A stretch of DNA of 63,472 nt, counting the filler, from Octopus bimaculoides (lineage: Eukaryota), in assembly GCF_001194135.2 (NCBI RefSeq). It is 6 parts of 5 records of this genome, joined end to end, with 100 filler letters (N's around TTAATTAATTAA, not from the genome) between each part and the next. Parts side by side here need not be neighbours in the genome. Positions count along the whole stretch, not along the records: positions 1 to 25,613 come from NC_068988.1; positions 25,714 to 45,519 come from NC_068981.1; 4 more parts are not named here. One strand, 5' to 3'. The translations under genes were made by a program, and so were the position numbers. The number at the start of each line of letters is the position of its first letter. Positions within the stretch are counted from its first letter, which is position 1. The notes under the pieces are model-generated. The model ran no database searches. It saw only the letters and a list, made by a program, of their open reading frames with translations, and was not told the DNA's origin. Below are positions 13,364 through 25,750 of the stretch, in pieces.

Positions 13364-14080
13364 GGTGTAGGAGTGGTGGTGTAATAAGAAGTTTGCTTCC
13401 CAACCACATGATTCCAGGTTCAGTCCTACTGCATGGCACCTTGGGCAAGTGTCTTCTACTATAGCCTCAGGTCAACCAAAGCCTTGTGAGTGGATTTGGT
13501 AGATGGAAACTGAAAGAAGCCTGTTGTAGATATGTATATGTGTGTGTGTTTCTTTATGACAGTGTTTTGTTCCCATTACTACTTGACAACAGTGTTTGTG
13601 AGTTTGTATTGCTGTAACTTAGTACTTCAGCAAAAGAGACTGATAGAATAAGTTGTTGTTATTGGCACTCCATCGCTTACGACGTCGAGGGTTCCAGTTG
13701 ATCCAATCAACGGAACAGCTTGCTCGTGAAATTAACGTGTAAGTAGCTGAGCACTCCGCAGACATGTGTACCCTTAATGTAGTTCTCGGGGATATTCAGC
13801 GTGACACAGTGTGACAAGGCCGACCCTTTGAATTACAAGCACAACAGGAAGTAAGAGTGAGAGAAAGTTGTGGTGGAAGAGTACAGCAGGGTTCACCACC
13901 ATCCCCTGCCAGAGCCTTGTGGAGCTTTAGGTGTTTTCACTCAATGAACACTCATAACGCCCGGTCTGGGAATCGAAACCGCGAGTCCGCTGCCCTAACC
14001 ACTGGGCCATTGTGCCTCCACTATAGAATAAGTACCAAGCTTTAAAAAGATCCTCAAGGCGGTGCCCCAGCATGGCTGCA
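13364..14080 (+). mobile_element. CORE-type composite SINE interrupted by a nested SINE
   Basis: Homology runs 13364-13653 and resumes at 14023. Confidence 0.8.
13654..14022 (-). mobile_element. tRNA-derived SINE with (AAC)n tail, full-length, 11-bp target-site duplication
   Basis: Minus head ggaggcacaatggcccagtggttagggcagcggactcgcggtttcgattcc. TSD atagaataagt at 13643-53 and 14023-33. Confidence 0.9.
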
Positions 14081-15472
14081 AGTAGAAGAGAACCCACACA
14101 AACCAAAAGATCTTCATTGGAAGTGGAAACTCATCAAGAATTACTCCCACCCCCTGTACATTAATTAACTTTAAACTGCCCCCCCCCCCGTCCCTACAGT
14201 CCAGATTTTGCTCTCTGTGATTTTTGGTTGTTCCCCAAAGTGAAGGAGAATCTCAGGAATAGTCATCTTGATGACGAAGATGGCTGTGACTAGTGTCTTG
14301 CATACCTTTTACTTTGGAGGAATCCCATGGGGCCTTCAGGAAGTGGCTGCAGTGATACAACAAATGCATCAGAGTTAGAGGATCCTACTTCAAAGGAGAT
14401 GAGAATTTTCTTACTTCTTTGAAATTTAAGAAATATCTCTCCTGAAAATGTCTCAAAACTCCTGGAATATACCACGTGTTTGTTTGTTTGTGTGTGATTT
14501 TTTTTTTTCTAATGTGGGAACCACTACAAGGTCACTGGAGGTGCTAGAAATAGCAGCCAGATCTTCAGCCCAAATTCTAACAAAAACTAAGAAAAAGATG
14601 TTGGATAACACACTTGTAATTTCCTAGCACAGAAGACATGATGGCCTTGGCTGGAAAGCCTTTGGACATATGTCTGCTTGATCAGGACTGATCTGAGGCT
14701 AAACAAATAAACAAAACCTTAACTATGTTTTTTCAATGTTTATTGACTGTTGTCAGAGCAGTCCACTAATCTTCTTCCATTTTAATGATAATATCTCATA
14801 ATTATATACTAGACAACAAGGAAAAGTACACACACACATACATTCACACCTCCTTGTGTAACAGGTAGCCACTGCCTTCTATAATTACTGTTTATATCCG
14901 AAGCATAAAAACCTATAATTATGAGTGGTTGCGGATGGTGGTAGAGGTGAGAAAATGATTAGCAGGCAGGTAGTGTCTATATCTACCTGGTCACCTGTAT
15001 TTTATTTTACCGTTAAACCGTGCCAACTAATTTCTGTGTTGTGCTTCAGTAGTCACCAGCCATCGATGGTAACAGGTGATACTGTACTGTACGTGTGTGT
15101 GCGTATCACAGTTGTGGCAGAGGAGCAAGACTGTAGCAGTTACCTTTAATCTTTTATTTTTTTCAGTCATTAGACTGTGGCCATGCTGGGGCACTACCTT
15201 GAATGGTTTTAGTCAATGGTTTCTGTTTTCTATAAATTTTATATATATATATATAGTCCAACCCACACTAGCATGGAAAGCGGATGTTAAACAATATATA
15301 CAGACACACACATATATATATATATATAAAAATACATATATACATAAATCAATACATATATATATACATACATAGACATATACATACATAGATATATACA
15401 TACATAGATATATACATACATACATAGATGTATACAGACATGGATATATACATACATACATACATACAGATA

Positions 15473-15679
15473 TCTAGATGTCTAGTTTTGCATATTTCTG
15501 TATGCTTCATCAGTGAGAGCCGCCTGATTGGCTGGTGTTGGCAAATTCCACCAGTGTCACCATAGATTATTTCTATGGCAAATACATATATATTGACTAG
15601 CAGAATTAGCTGACACCAGCTGATTGGGCGACTCTCACTGACGAAGCATATGGAAATATGTGAAACTAGACGTCTAGTC
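15473..15679. mobile_element. Fold-back element (about 70-bp arms) carrying two divergent HHR copies; probable Penelope-like terminal repeat
   Basis: 15473-15542 is the reverse complement of 15609-15678. The minus-strand copy reads CTGATGA-A-GCATA-CAGAAA-TATGC-AAAA-CTAGACATCTAG. The PLE assignment is inference. Confidence 0.65.
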
Positions 15680-15683
15680 ATGA
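15638..15683 (+). ncRNA. Type I hammerhead ribozyme motif with canonical core, in the right arm of a fold-back element
   Basis: CTGACGA (15638-44), extra A, stem II GCATAT-GGAA-ATATGT, GAAA (15662-65), stem III ACTAG-ACGT-CTAGT (perfect palindrome), GTC cleavage triplet (15677-79). Stem I is weak (TCA/TGA offset by one A). Confidence 0.72.
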
Positions 15684-17038
15684 TTTGGTCATGAGGTGGT
15701 TTCTTCCTCTCTCAGTGTATGTGTATACATTTGTGCTCTTCTTACAGTACAAGGAGTATTTTACTCCTATTTCTAGCAATGCAGGTGTCTCAGCACCTTT
15801 AGTGACAACTGAATTTTTCCTTTATAGTATTAAATTGCTCCCTGCTGTTTATATTAATTTTTTGTATAGATAGATAGATAGATATAGACATACATAGATA
15901 TATATATACATACATATATAGATATATACATATATGAACACACACACACACACAAACCTATATATACACATCATCATTATCATTTAAATATATACATATA
16001 TGAACACACACACACACAAACCTATATATACACATCATCATCATCATTTAACATCCATTTTCCATGGGTTGGACAGTTTGGTAGGAGTTGGCCAGCTGAA
16101 GATCCTGGGCTCCATGTATGTTTTAACATGGTTTCTGCAGCTCGATGCGATGTTCTTCCTAACACCAACCATTTTACAGAATGTACTGGGAGCTTTTATA
16201 TGGCACCAGCATGGATGTTTTTTTACATGGCACCAGCACCCACATGCCTACAGACTTAGGATCATTCAACTGAAATGGGATGCAGGGCACATGTCTGTGT
16301 GCAAGGACAACCACAACTTCACTTAGCTGGATGCATCTTCTCAAGTACAACAAACCACCAGAAATCTCAGTCCCTCGTCATTCCTTCCATGAGGCCCAAC
16401 GCATATACACATACACACACATGATGGGCTTCTTTCAGTTTCTGTCTACCAAATCCACTCACAAGGCTTTGGTCGGTCCGAGGCTATAGTAGAAGACACT
16501 TGCCCAAGGTGCCACGCAGTGGGACTGAACTCAGAACCATGTGGTTGTGAAGCAAATTTCTTATCTTACAGTCACACTTGCACCCACTGCAATTTATTAT
16601 AAATCACAACATGTGAACACCTAGTGTGCATTGCTACATGGTTACCAATGAGCCAAGTCCTGGTTCGCTACATTTATTAAAGGTAACTGTAATATGGAAG
16701 AATCAATCTCAATGTATTCAAATGCAGTTGAGATGTTAGCTGCTACCACTGCAACCTCCATTATCATCATCTAATGTCCATTTTCCATGCTGGCATGGGT
16801 TGTACAGTTCGACAGGAGCTGGCAAGCCAGAGAGCTGTACTAGGCTCCAAAAATGAAAATTGTGGAAAGGAAAAAAAATGTAATAAATGAATGGAAATTA
16901 ACCGGTGAGTATGTTAGATACTAAGGCAGTATGACTGTCCCCAGACAAAACAAAAAATTTGTTTCAATACATGAATTCACATAAAGAATCTTGCAAACTA
17001 TTGTATTATAAAAGAAGATAAGCCTTAGATTGACATAC

Positions 17039-17116
17039 CTCTGAGCTAAGGTATTTATCAAACACCATCTGGGCAATGCAAGGCCGTTTTTCATCGGGAC
17101 TGATTTCATATTCTTC
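17039..17116 (-). CDS. GRK5: Internal coding exon (78 nt, phase 0/0) of a G protein-coupled receptor kinase of the GRK4/5/6 (Gprk2) subfamily, RGS-homology domain
   Basis: Minus strand: acceptor gtttatctttttctcattgcag | GAA GAA TAT GAA ATC AGT CCC GAT GAA AAA CGG ... AAA TAC CTT AGC TCA GAG | gtatgt donor. Translation EEYEISPDEKRPCIAQMVFDKYLSSE aligns by eye with GRK5 [26 protein letters not shown], which from memory is also a 78-nt phase-0 exon (exon 4). The symbol denotes the subfamily, not proven 1:1 orthology. No other GRK exons were found in the window. Confidence 0.88.
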
Positions 17117-17754
17117 CTGCAATGAGAAAAAGATAAACATAGAATTGAATGGCAACAATGAATGGTATTAAAGATACAGAGTCAGGGTAACAACTAGCTT
17201 TTTGGTGAAAAAGATTGGGAGAAAAGGTAATTTTTTTGTAATTCTTTTACTTGTTTCAGTCATTTGATTGCAGCCATGCTGGAGCACTGCCTTGAGGGGT
17301 TTTAGTTGAACAAATTGACCCCAGGACTTATTTTTTAAACATATTCTATCAGTCTTTTTTGCTGAACTGCCAAGTTACAGGGATGCAAATACACCAACAC
17401 TGGTTGTCACATGGTGATGATGGACAAACACACACACACAAACATACAGTTTCCGTCTACCAAATTTACTCAAGTCTTTGGTTGGCCCGAGACTAGAGTA
17501 GAAGACACTTGCCTAATGTGCCACACAGTGAGACTGAACCTGGAACCATGTGGTTGAGAAGCAAGGTTCTTACCACGCAGCCATGCCTGCACCTGTAAGT
17601 TTTTTTGTTTTTTTTTTGTGGACCAACCAGTAGAGTAATTGTTGTATGTTCCTATAATTGATACAGACTTGATACAAACTCTTAGCTACATCTACAAAGG
17701 ACAACAGTTAACTACAAATTCAATAAATGAATAAGAGCCAACCAACAAATTCTA

Positions 17755-17965
17755 GAAACAATGATATCGATCACCAAAATCTACAGATCAAAGATATTGA
17801 TTGACCACAAAGATCTACAAATAATGTATTGATTGATCATCAATATCTACAAATAATGATACTGAATACTAAGATGTACAAATAATGATATTGAACTCTA
17901 GGATCTATAAATAATGATACTGAACACCAAGTTCTACAATTAATGATATTGAACACCAAGATCAA
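17755..17965. repeat. Degenerate ~29-33-bp minisatellite, about 7 units
   Basis: Recurring tacaaataatgata(c/t)tgaacaccaagatc. Confidence 0.8.
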
Positions 17966-18384
17966 TAGTGGTAACAACCAGCAAACATTAAATTCAATAA
18001 AACTGGTTCACACAGTCTACAAACAATGATTATGTCAACAAGCAAGCTTCTACGCAGTCATTTGACCTGCTAAAAATAGCAGTTAAATCTATCCTAATCA
18101 CATCCTAACCATCTTACAAAAAGGAAGGAAATGTTGGACAACATAGCAGTCTTAGATATACAGAGAGATGGGATGATTCGTCAAAGAAATTTTGCTATTA
18201 TTTCTAGCATTTGAAGAAGCTTGTTCATTAAAACATTGTTTAGTTTGATTTGGTTTGGTTTGGTTTGATTTTTTTGGTTTGATTAGCAGTATGGTGATGA
18301 CAATTCCATTGTTGTTGTTGTTGTTTGATGTCCGCAGGGAATGCATTTTAACTTTTAATCAAGACTTGCACAAGGGAAGAAGAT

Positions 18385-18690
18385 CTCCTCTACATCACCA
18401 TCACCACCACCACCATTGCTGCCCCCACTGTTGCCACAACGACAACAACGACGACGACCACCACCACCACATTGTCAGTTTATCTAAGGCTGAAAAGATA
18501 TGAAAACACCTCCTAAACATTGTTGTCACTGCCATCATCCTCACCACCACTATCATCATTATCATCATTTTCATCACCATTACCTTCATCATAGACATCA
18601 TCATCATCACCATTATTATTATTATCATCATTCTCATCGCTATTATCATCATCATCACCTTCATCTTGGTTGTCATCATCGTCATCATCA
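18385..18690. repeat. Compound (CAC)n/(CAT)n/(AAC)n trinucleotide tract
   Basis: Direct reading; source of the His-rich and Asp-rich pseudo-ORFs. Confidence 0.9.
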
Positions 18691-19541
18691 CACTGAACAA
18701 ATGGACAAACATACACAAACAAACAAAACATTACTTTGTATCATGTGTCATGCCTCAGAATAGACAGAAATAATCTGGACAAACGGAAGAAAACCACACA
18801 AAGCAGCACTGATGTACTTGACAATTCCTCAAAGACTATTCTATCAAATAAAAAATTAAAAATATAAATAGATAAAAAAAAACAGAATGACATCTTCTGC
18901 TCCATTCTTATGTTTCATTATTGTCGCAGAAGATTGGTTTTTTAAAATAATTTTGAAGGAAGATTCAAACAACAGCCTACACACAGAAATGGTTCTTCAA
19001 AACAAACATTGGAAAATAATGATGATAATTAAATATGCAATGATATAATGGTAATATAAATCCAATTATAAAATTTATTGTTCTATCTCCCATGAAAATA
19101 CAAGATATTGCTCTTGGTCAACAAAGGGCTGAATAGCAGTTGACAAACCATCGTAGCTAATAAATTTACAAACACACACACACCCACACACATCTTCTCC
19201 ATCTTCATCGTTCTGACATTCACTTTTCATTGCTTGCATGGATCAGACAGAATTTGTTGAGGCAGATTTTTTTGTATGGCTGGATGCTCTTCCTGTCACA
19301 AACCCTCACATGTTTCCAAGTATGCTAATATTTCTCCATGGCTGGACTGCTTGCATGATGGTGACATTAGTGTCCATCCGTCACATACCATCAAGACAAA
19401 GGCACAGCAACAAACCACACATACACACACACATGCGCATACACACACACACCTGAGGGGCTAGTTTCAGCTTCTATCTCTCAAATCCACTCTCAAAGCT
19501 TTGCTCTAGGCCACAGCTTTAATAGTAGACACTTGCCCAAG

Positions 19542-19883
19542 ACATGAAGGTGTATGGCTAAGTGGTTAGAGCATCAAACTCACAATCATGAGGCAGTGAG
19601 TTCGATTCCCAGACCGGGCTCTGTGTTGTGTTCTTGAGCAAGACACTTTATTTCATGTTGCTCTACTTCACTCAGCTGTAGAAATGAGTTGTGAGGTTAC
19701 TGGTGCCAAGTTGTGTTGGCCTTTGCTTTCTCTTGGATAACATCAGTGGCATGGAGAGGGGCGGCTGGTATGCATGGGTGACTGCTGGTCTTCCATAAAC
19801 AACCTTGCCTGGACTTGTGCCTGGGAGGGGAACTTTCTAGGTACAATCCCATGGTCAGTCATGACCAAAGGGGGTCTTTACCA
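19542..19883 (+). mobile_element. tRNA-derived SINE (different family) nested in a CORE-SINE, 8-bp target-site duplication
   Basis: A box tggctaagtgg, B box gttcgattcc, ttgagcaagacacttt core-like segment. tgcccaag is duplicated at 19534-41 and 19884-91. Confidence 0.8.
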
Positions 19884-20249
19884 TGCCCAAGGTACTGAAC
19901 CTGAAACCATGCAGCTGGGGAACCAAACATCTTAACCACACAGTCATGCCTGCACACACACACACACACAGACAAGTTGTATAGGAGAACAAATATCAAT
20001 GAGGAGTGACTAAGTTGTGTGACTTTAGCTATGGTCCATTAACTTCTTAAACTTCAATTGGCAAACCTTTATAGAGAGGTACCACTTTATTTAACACCTG
20101 AGTAATTAAATATTGGGGAAGGTACTGCTCTCTCTCTCATATCAATGTGTAGATTCACCTACATATAGCTTGTGGATGGCATTTGTTCATAATTTTTAAC
20201 TGTTAATTTTATACATTTTTTTTTAGTTATGTTCTCGGTCTTTTTTTCC

Positions 20250-21439
20250 TTAAAAACAAATAACTATTTTTGCTTTATTTTTTTGGTAGAATGATTGATT
20301 ACAGAAAATTTTGAACCTCCCCAATTTGTGGAAGAGGCATGGAGTCCTCCTTGAAATCTGCACTGGAAGGACAAACAAGATTTCAGTCTTCCTCGACATC
20401 AGCAGAAGGATGGTGGAAAAGGTCAGAAAGGAGCTTGGAGATTCAGGATTCAACTATGAGGTGACAGCAGAGAGAAAAACCCATGATTGATGATCAGACA
20501 CCATCTGAATACTGGAATTTGTTGCTGAAATCCAGGAAATCATCAATGATGATCCCAACAAGCTGATGTGTGTCATTGTAAGGGAGAAAGATGCCAGTGA
20601 AAAGCTCATCAGACTGATGGTGCATGAGGACATTCACTACTTTTCATACAAAAGGAGGAAGGGATGCAGGAAAAGCAACACTAGGACACCAAGAAGTGAT
20701 CAACAAGTTGAAACACCTGCTGTGGTTCTCCGACGAGGACAATTTCTGCCAAGACCAGAAGATCAACTCCCAGAACAACAGGTGGCTCACCGTTTTACCC
20801 AAAGATGTATCTGGAGTCATGCAGATAAAGTTTCCAGCGGCAATCATTGATCTTCGGTGTTATCCATAGTGAAAGTGATGTCATGGCACCCCCCTTCTTC
20901 CCTGAGAGCCTCAGGCTGAACACTGACAGCCACGCCCATGCTGTCAGTGAGGTTGTGAATCTCTGGAGTGACTGGGTAGCTGCAGAGAGTCCATACTGTG
21001 TGACAGCCAAACTCTGTGCCCTGCCACACTGGATGGAAGACCCAGGCCTGGCTACTGGAGAATTTTTTGATCTCACAGCACCTGACATTTGGACCCCCTC
21101 CAACTTGTCTGATTGCAATTCCCTCTACTTATTTGTGTGGAGTATGGTGGAACAAGAGGCTTACAAACCTAGCTGCAACACGAAGGCGGGGCTGAGGGCT
21201 AGGATTGCCAGGGGCTCAGTGGGGTAGGGGGATCTAAAAAAATGAGAGATAATGACAGAAGCCTGTGACTGGTTCCAAGGTTGCCTGGAGGCTGTCATTG
21301 AGGTCAAAGGTGAGTCCACTGAGTGAGATTGACAGAACATGTCATGAAGACAAACTGACCCAAATTTGACAAATATACCTCAAAAAATAAAAATAGTTTT
21401 TATTTTTGCCTGAGAAATCGTTATACCGTCCGCACCCTG
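20250..21439 (+). mobile_element. Decayed DD37D (maT-type) transposase relic
   Basis: Fragments FSDEDNFCQDQKINSQNNRWL, MIFGVIHSESDVMAPPFF, QPNSVPCH, IWTPSNLSDCNSLYLFVW. Right end gcaccctg|TA. Left TIR not seen. Confidence 0.8.
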
Positions 21440-21499
21440 TAGACAATATTTACAATGCAGACAGTTCTTTTACTCTCTCTCTCTCTTTCTTTCTCACTC

Positions 21500-21539
<40 letters not shown>

Positions 21540-21871
21540 CACAACATTCAGAACAAGAAAAATCAAATTATTGTGCATGTATAAGAGGGTTTAATGTGAG
21601 TGTGTGTGTGTGTGTGTAGATAGTCAAAAAGCGATAAAGAGATTAAGAGGAAGAGAGAGGAAAATGAGTGGGAGAGAGAGAGATAGAGTGATGGACAGAA
21701 AGATGGACAGAGTGAGATGGAGAGAGAGAGAAAGAGAGCTTTAGCAGCAAAAATCTTCATAGTTGACTGCTCACTATTACAGAGGCCTTTCAAGTGTAAA
21801 TAAACACACATGCTTCAATAATTCATATGTAAATATAAAATTTGCAGAATCAGTTGAAAATATACTTAAGA

Positions 21872-21904
<33 letters not shown>

Positions 21905-22623
21905 AAGAAGAAGATGCAAACAACAACAACAATAAAAAGAAAAGATTAATAAGGAAAAAATATTCAAAGATGCGTATCTAAATTTGAGTGTGTGTATGTG
22001 TCAATGAGTGAGTGTGCCTCAGTGTAAGTGTGTGTGTGTTATGTGTGAATGTATAGTGAAATGTGTGTGTGTGTGTGTGTGTGAATGTGTAGTGAATTGT
22101 GTGTGTGAATGTATAGTGAAATGTGTGTGTGGTGTGTGTGAATGTGTAGTGAATTATGTGTGCGAATGTATAGTGAAATGTGTGTGCACGTGTGGTGCAA
22201 GTGCATGTGTGTGAGAGTGCAATTTAATGTATATCTGTATGTGTGAACAAGAAAGTGGAGATTCTAAGAGACCAAAATACAGAAATGAAAGAAAAGATGG
22301 GGAGAGAAAATGCTGAGAGATGATTTGAGGAGACAAGGGTGGTAAATTGCTTACAAGCTCTGACAAATGTTTCCAATTTGCTGTTTACCTTTTACTTGCT
22401 CCAGTCACATGACTGCAGCTACGGTGGGGCACGACTTTGAAGGATTTTACTCAGATAGATTGACCTAAATATCTTTTTTTTTTTTAATTATTCAAGTTTG
22501 GCACTTATGCTGTCACTGTCTTTGGCCAAACCACTAAGTTACAGGGATGTAAATAAACCAACTCCAGTAGTTAAATGGTAGAGGAGACAAACAAACACAC
22601 ACACACACAAACATATATATATA

Positions 22624-23017
22624 GGTGCAGGAGTGGCCGTGTAGTAAGTTGCTTGCTTATCAACCACATGGTTCGGGGTTCAGTCCCACTGCATGGCACC
22701 TTGGGCAAGTGTCTTCTACTATAGCCTCGGCCTGCCCAAAGCCTTGTGAGTGGATTTGGTAGATAGAAACTGAAAGAAGCTTGTTGTGTGTGTGTATTTA
22801 TATAAATGTATATGTGTGTGTGTCTGTGTTTGTGCCTCCAACATCGTTTGACAACTTATGTTGGTGTGTTTACGTCCCTGTAACTTAGCGGTTCAGCAAA
22901 AGAGTCTGAAAGAATAAGTACCAGGCTTACAAAGAATAAGTCCTGGGCTGATTTGCTCGACTAAAGGTGGTGCTCCAGCATGACTACAGTCAAATGACTA
23001 AAACGAGAATAAAAGAA
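22624..23017 (+). mobile_element. CORE-type composite SINE, full-length CpG-decayed copy
   Basis: Collinear with 51161-51550; many CG to TG/CA changes. Confidence 0.85.
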
Positions 23018-24908
23018 TATACAATGGGCTTCCACACAGTTTCCATTGATCAAATTCATCCACAAAGCATTGGTCTACCCAATACCACAGTAGAAGACAC
23101 TTGATAGTAAAGCGTGCTTCTTAACCACACAGCCATGCCTGCACCTAGGACAGCCGAGGGGTTTTATCTGATTTCCTTTCTTATGTCTTTTATTATTTTT
23201 TATGAGAATAAGATTGTTAGCATCCATGACCCATTTTCAGGGCCTTCAAAACTGGGAGGGAAAGAAGGGAGCCAGATATCCATAACCAGATATGTGAAAT
23301 GAATGCCTATAAAAGGAGTGGACTCTACTACAAACACTTAAGGGCCAAGTCGTTGAGTTACACAGGGTAACAGTATTATTATTATCATTATTATTATTAT
23401 TATTATTATTATCATTATTATTATTATTATTATTATCATTATTATTATTATTATTATTATTATCATTATTATTATTATTATTATTATCATTATTATTATG
23501 AAGGTGGCAAGCTGGCAAAATTGTTAGCATGGTTGATGAAGTGCTTAGTGGTATTTCACTCATCACTACGTTCTGAGTTCATATTCCACTGAGGACTTTG
23601 CTTTTCATCTGTTTGGGGTTGAAAAATTAAGTATCAGTGAAACACTTTTTTTAATTATTCAAGTTTGGCACTTATGCTGCCAGTGTCTTTGGCCAAACCA
23701 CTAAGTTACAGGGATGTAAACAAACCAACTCCAGTAGTTAAATGTGAGTGCATGTGTGTGTTTGTGTCTCCTTGTCTTGACATTGCAAGGTTGTTGTAAA
23801 TAAATGCCATTCATTTCCAATCATCTCCAAAAGCATGCTAGACCATGGGGAAAATATTAACTTGCTTGGTAACAGGTAACAGTAGGCAACAGGAAGTGTA
23901 GATAGGTAGGTAGGTAGGCAGATAGGTAAGTACATAGATAGATGCATACATCTATCTGTCTATCTGTCTATATGTATGTATGTATGTATGTATGTATCTA
24001 TCTATGTGTATATGACTTTGAGATTGCGTTGTTTGTCTGTTACCAGTGCTTGGTAACTAGAGTTGGTGTGTTTACATTCTTACATTTCTTAGTAATTTGG
24101 AAAATGAGACCAACAGAACAGAATAAGTACCAAGTTTTAAAAGAAGAGGAAAAAAATGTACTTGAGTCAATTTGTTTGACTAAACCCTTCTTCAAGGTGA
24201 TGCTCCAGCATGGCCATAAGAACAATAACTTCAAGGAAGTGGAAATAATTAGTTAATTTTACCTCAATGTATTACTGGTTCTTATTTTATTGTTACTTGA
24301 AGGGTATGTGGGGAAAGACGAAAAGAATAAAGTCAAGGCAGCAAAAAAGCAAAAAAAAAAAGAAACCAAACAAACAACTCCCACCTCCCACTGACATCAA
24401 AACAATTCACATCAATGATTTAAACAGAAATAAATGTTTATCAAGCCTGTCTGCTATCTACAAAATCCAGAATTGCAAACAGGAATCCGTGAATGAGTGA
24501 GAAAAAGAGTGGGGAGGGGGGTCTGAAAACAGAGGAAAGGAAATAATTATGACCAATCCCATGCGATGGTTAGATGGTTAATAACAGAGAAACAATAAGA
24601 TTTAGTTGACAGAATAATCTGTAACCATCCTAAGGCACGTTGAAACAATGACTTCATTGAAAACAATGTTATTTATCTGCTTTGAGTACAAAAATATAGT
24701 ATCTAGGAAAGGATGTTAAAGAGCAGGGAAGATTCTACTAAATATTAATATTAATTCTCTTGCCTGTGTGGTAAGAAGCTTGCTTCCAAACCATGTGGTT
24801 CTGCATTCAGTCCCACTACATAGTACCTTGGACAAGTGTCTTCTATTATAGCCTCGGGCTTGTGAATGGAATTGGTAGACAGAAACTGAAAGAAGCCTAT
24901 CGTATATA

Positions 24909-25478
24909 CAGGGTGGCCCAAAAGTAGCTTTACAGTTATTCAATTATCTCTTTTGTATTCATATATTAATAGTTTAGATCTTAATTATAAAAAAAAAAAT
25001 GAAACCATTATTCAGCAAGATGGAGCCCTCCACATTATGTGTTGACAGTAAGAGCCCACCTTAACCAAGCCTTTCCACAGCGTTGGTTTGGAAGACGGGG
25101 CAGCATCAAATGGCTACTATGTTCACCTGACCTGAGACCAATGGATTTCTTTTTTTGGGGTGTTGTAAAGAACAAGATTCATGAGAAGAATCCCAAAACC
25201 GTAAATGAATTAAAAGATTACATTTCTGACGGATTCACTGAAATTGATGGAGATCGGAATTTGTGCCACACTGTGTATCAGAGTGTTCTGAAGAGGTTTC
25301 AAGAGTGTTGCAACGTTGAAGGAGGACATTTTGAGCATCTGAGAGATTAAACATTGTCTGTTTAAGATGTGCATAAAACAATATGATTGTAAGATAGAAA
25401 TTTAAATGTAATAAAATGTTTTAAAAAAAATTTTAAGTGCCTACATGATAACTGTAAACCTACTTTTGGGCCACCCTG
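24909..25478 (+). mobile_element. Internally deleted DD41D (rosa-type) IS630-Tc1-mariner element, MITE-like
   Basis: 31-bp TIRs cagggtggcccaaaagtag(c/g)tttacagttat with 1 mismatch and TA on both sides. Retains only the C-terminal coding part: QQDGAPPHY (1-bp frameshift near 25026)...WLLCSPDLRPMDFFFWG, with 41 residues between the 2nd and 3rd catalytic D. Confidence 0.9.
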
Positions 25479-25575
25479 TACTGCTCTGTATATATGCATA
25501 TGTATATATGCACATGTATATATGCATATATATATTCATATAAATACATGTATAAATATATATATATTCATATAA

Positions 25576-25613
<38 letters not shown>

Positions 25614-25713
25614 NNNNNNNNNNNNNNNNNNNNNNNNNNNNNNNNNNNNNNNNNNNNTTAATTAATTAANNNNNNNNNNNNNNNNNNNNNNNNNNNNNNN
25701 NNNNNNNNNNNNN
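25614..25713. other. Artificial 100-bp scaffold spacer N44-TTAATTAATTAA-N44
   Basis: Identical layout at 45520-45619, 47367-47466, 49199-49298 and 62173-62272. The 12-mer is palindromic with stops in all six frames. Confidence 0.95.
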
Positions 25714-25715
25714 TG

Positions 25716-25746
<31 letters not shown>

Positions 25747-25750
<4 letters not shown>

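Noticed and set aside
13960-14022. tRNA-like sequences with A/B boxes (also 19546-19615, 51161-51235, 8920-8996)
   Set aside because: They run directly into SINE bodies and tails, so they are SINE heads and not tRNA genes.
15050-15075. Possible plus-strand 26-nt microexon (ttcag|tagtcacc...aacag|gtgata)
   Set aside because: Weak donor, opposite strand to the GRK gene, no recognisable peptide.
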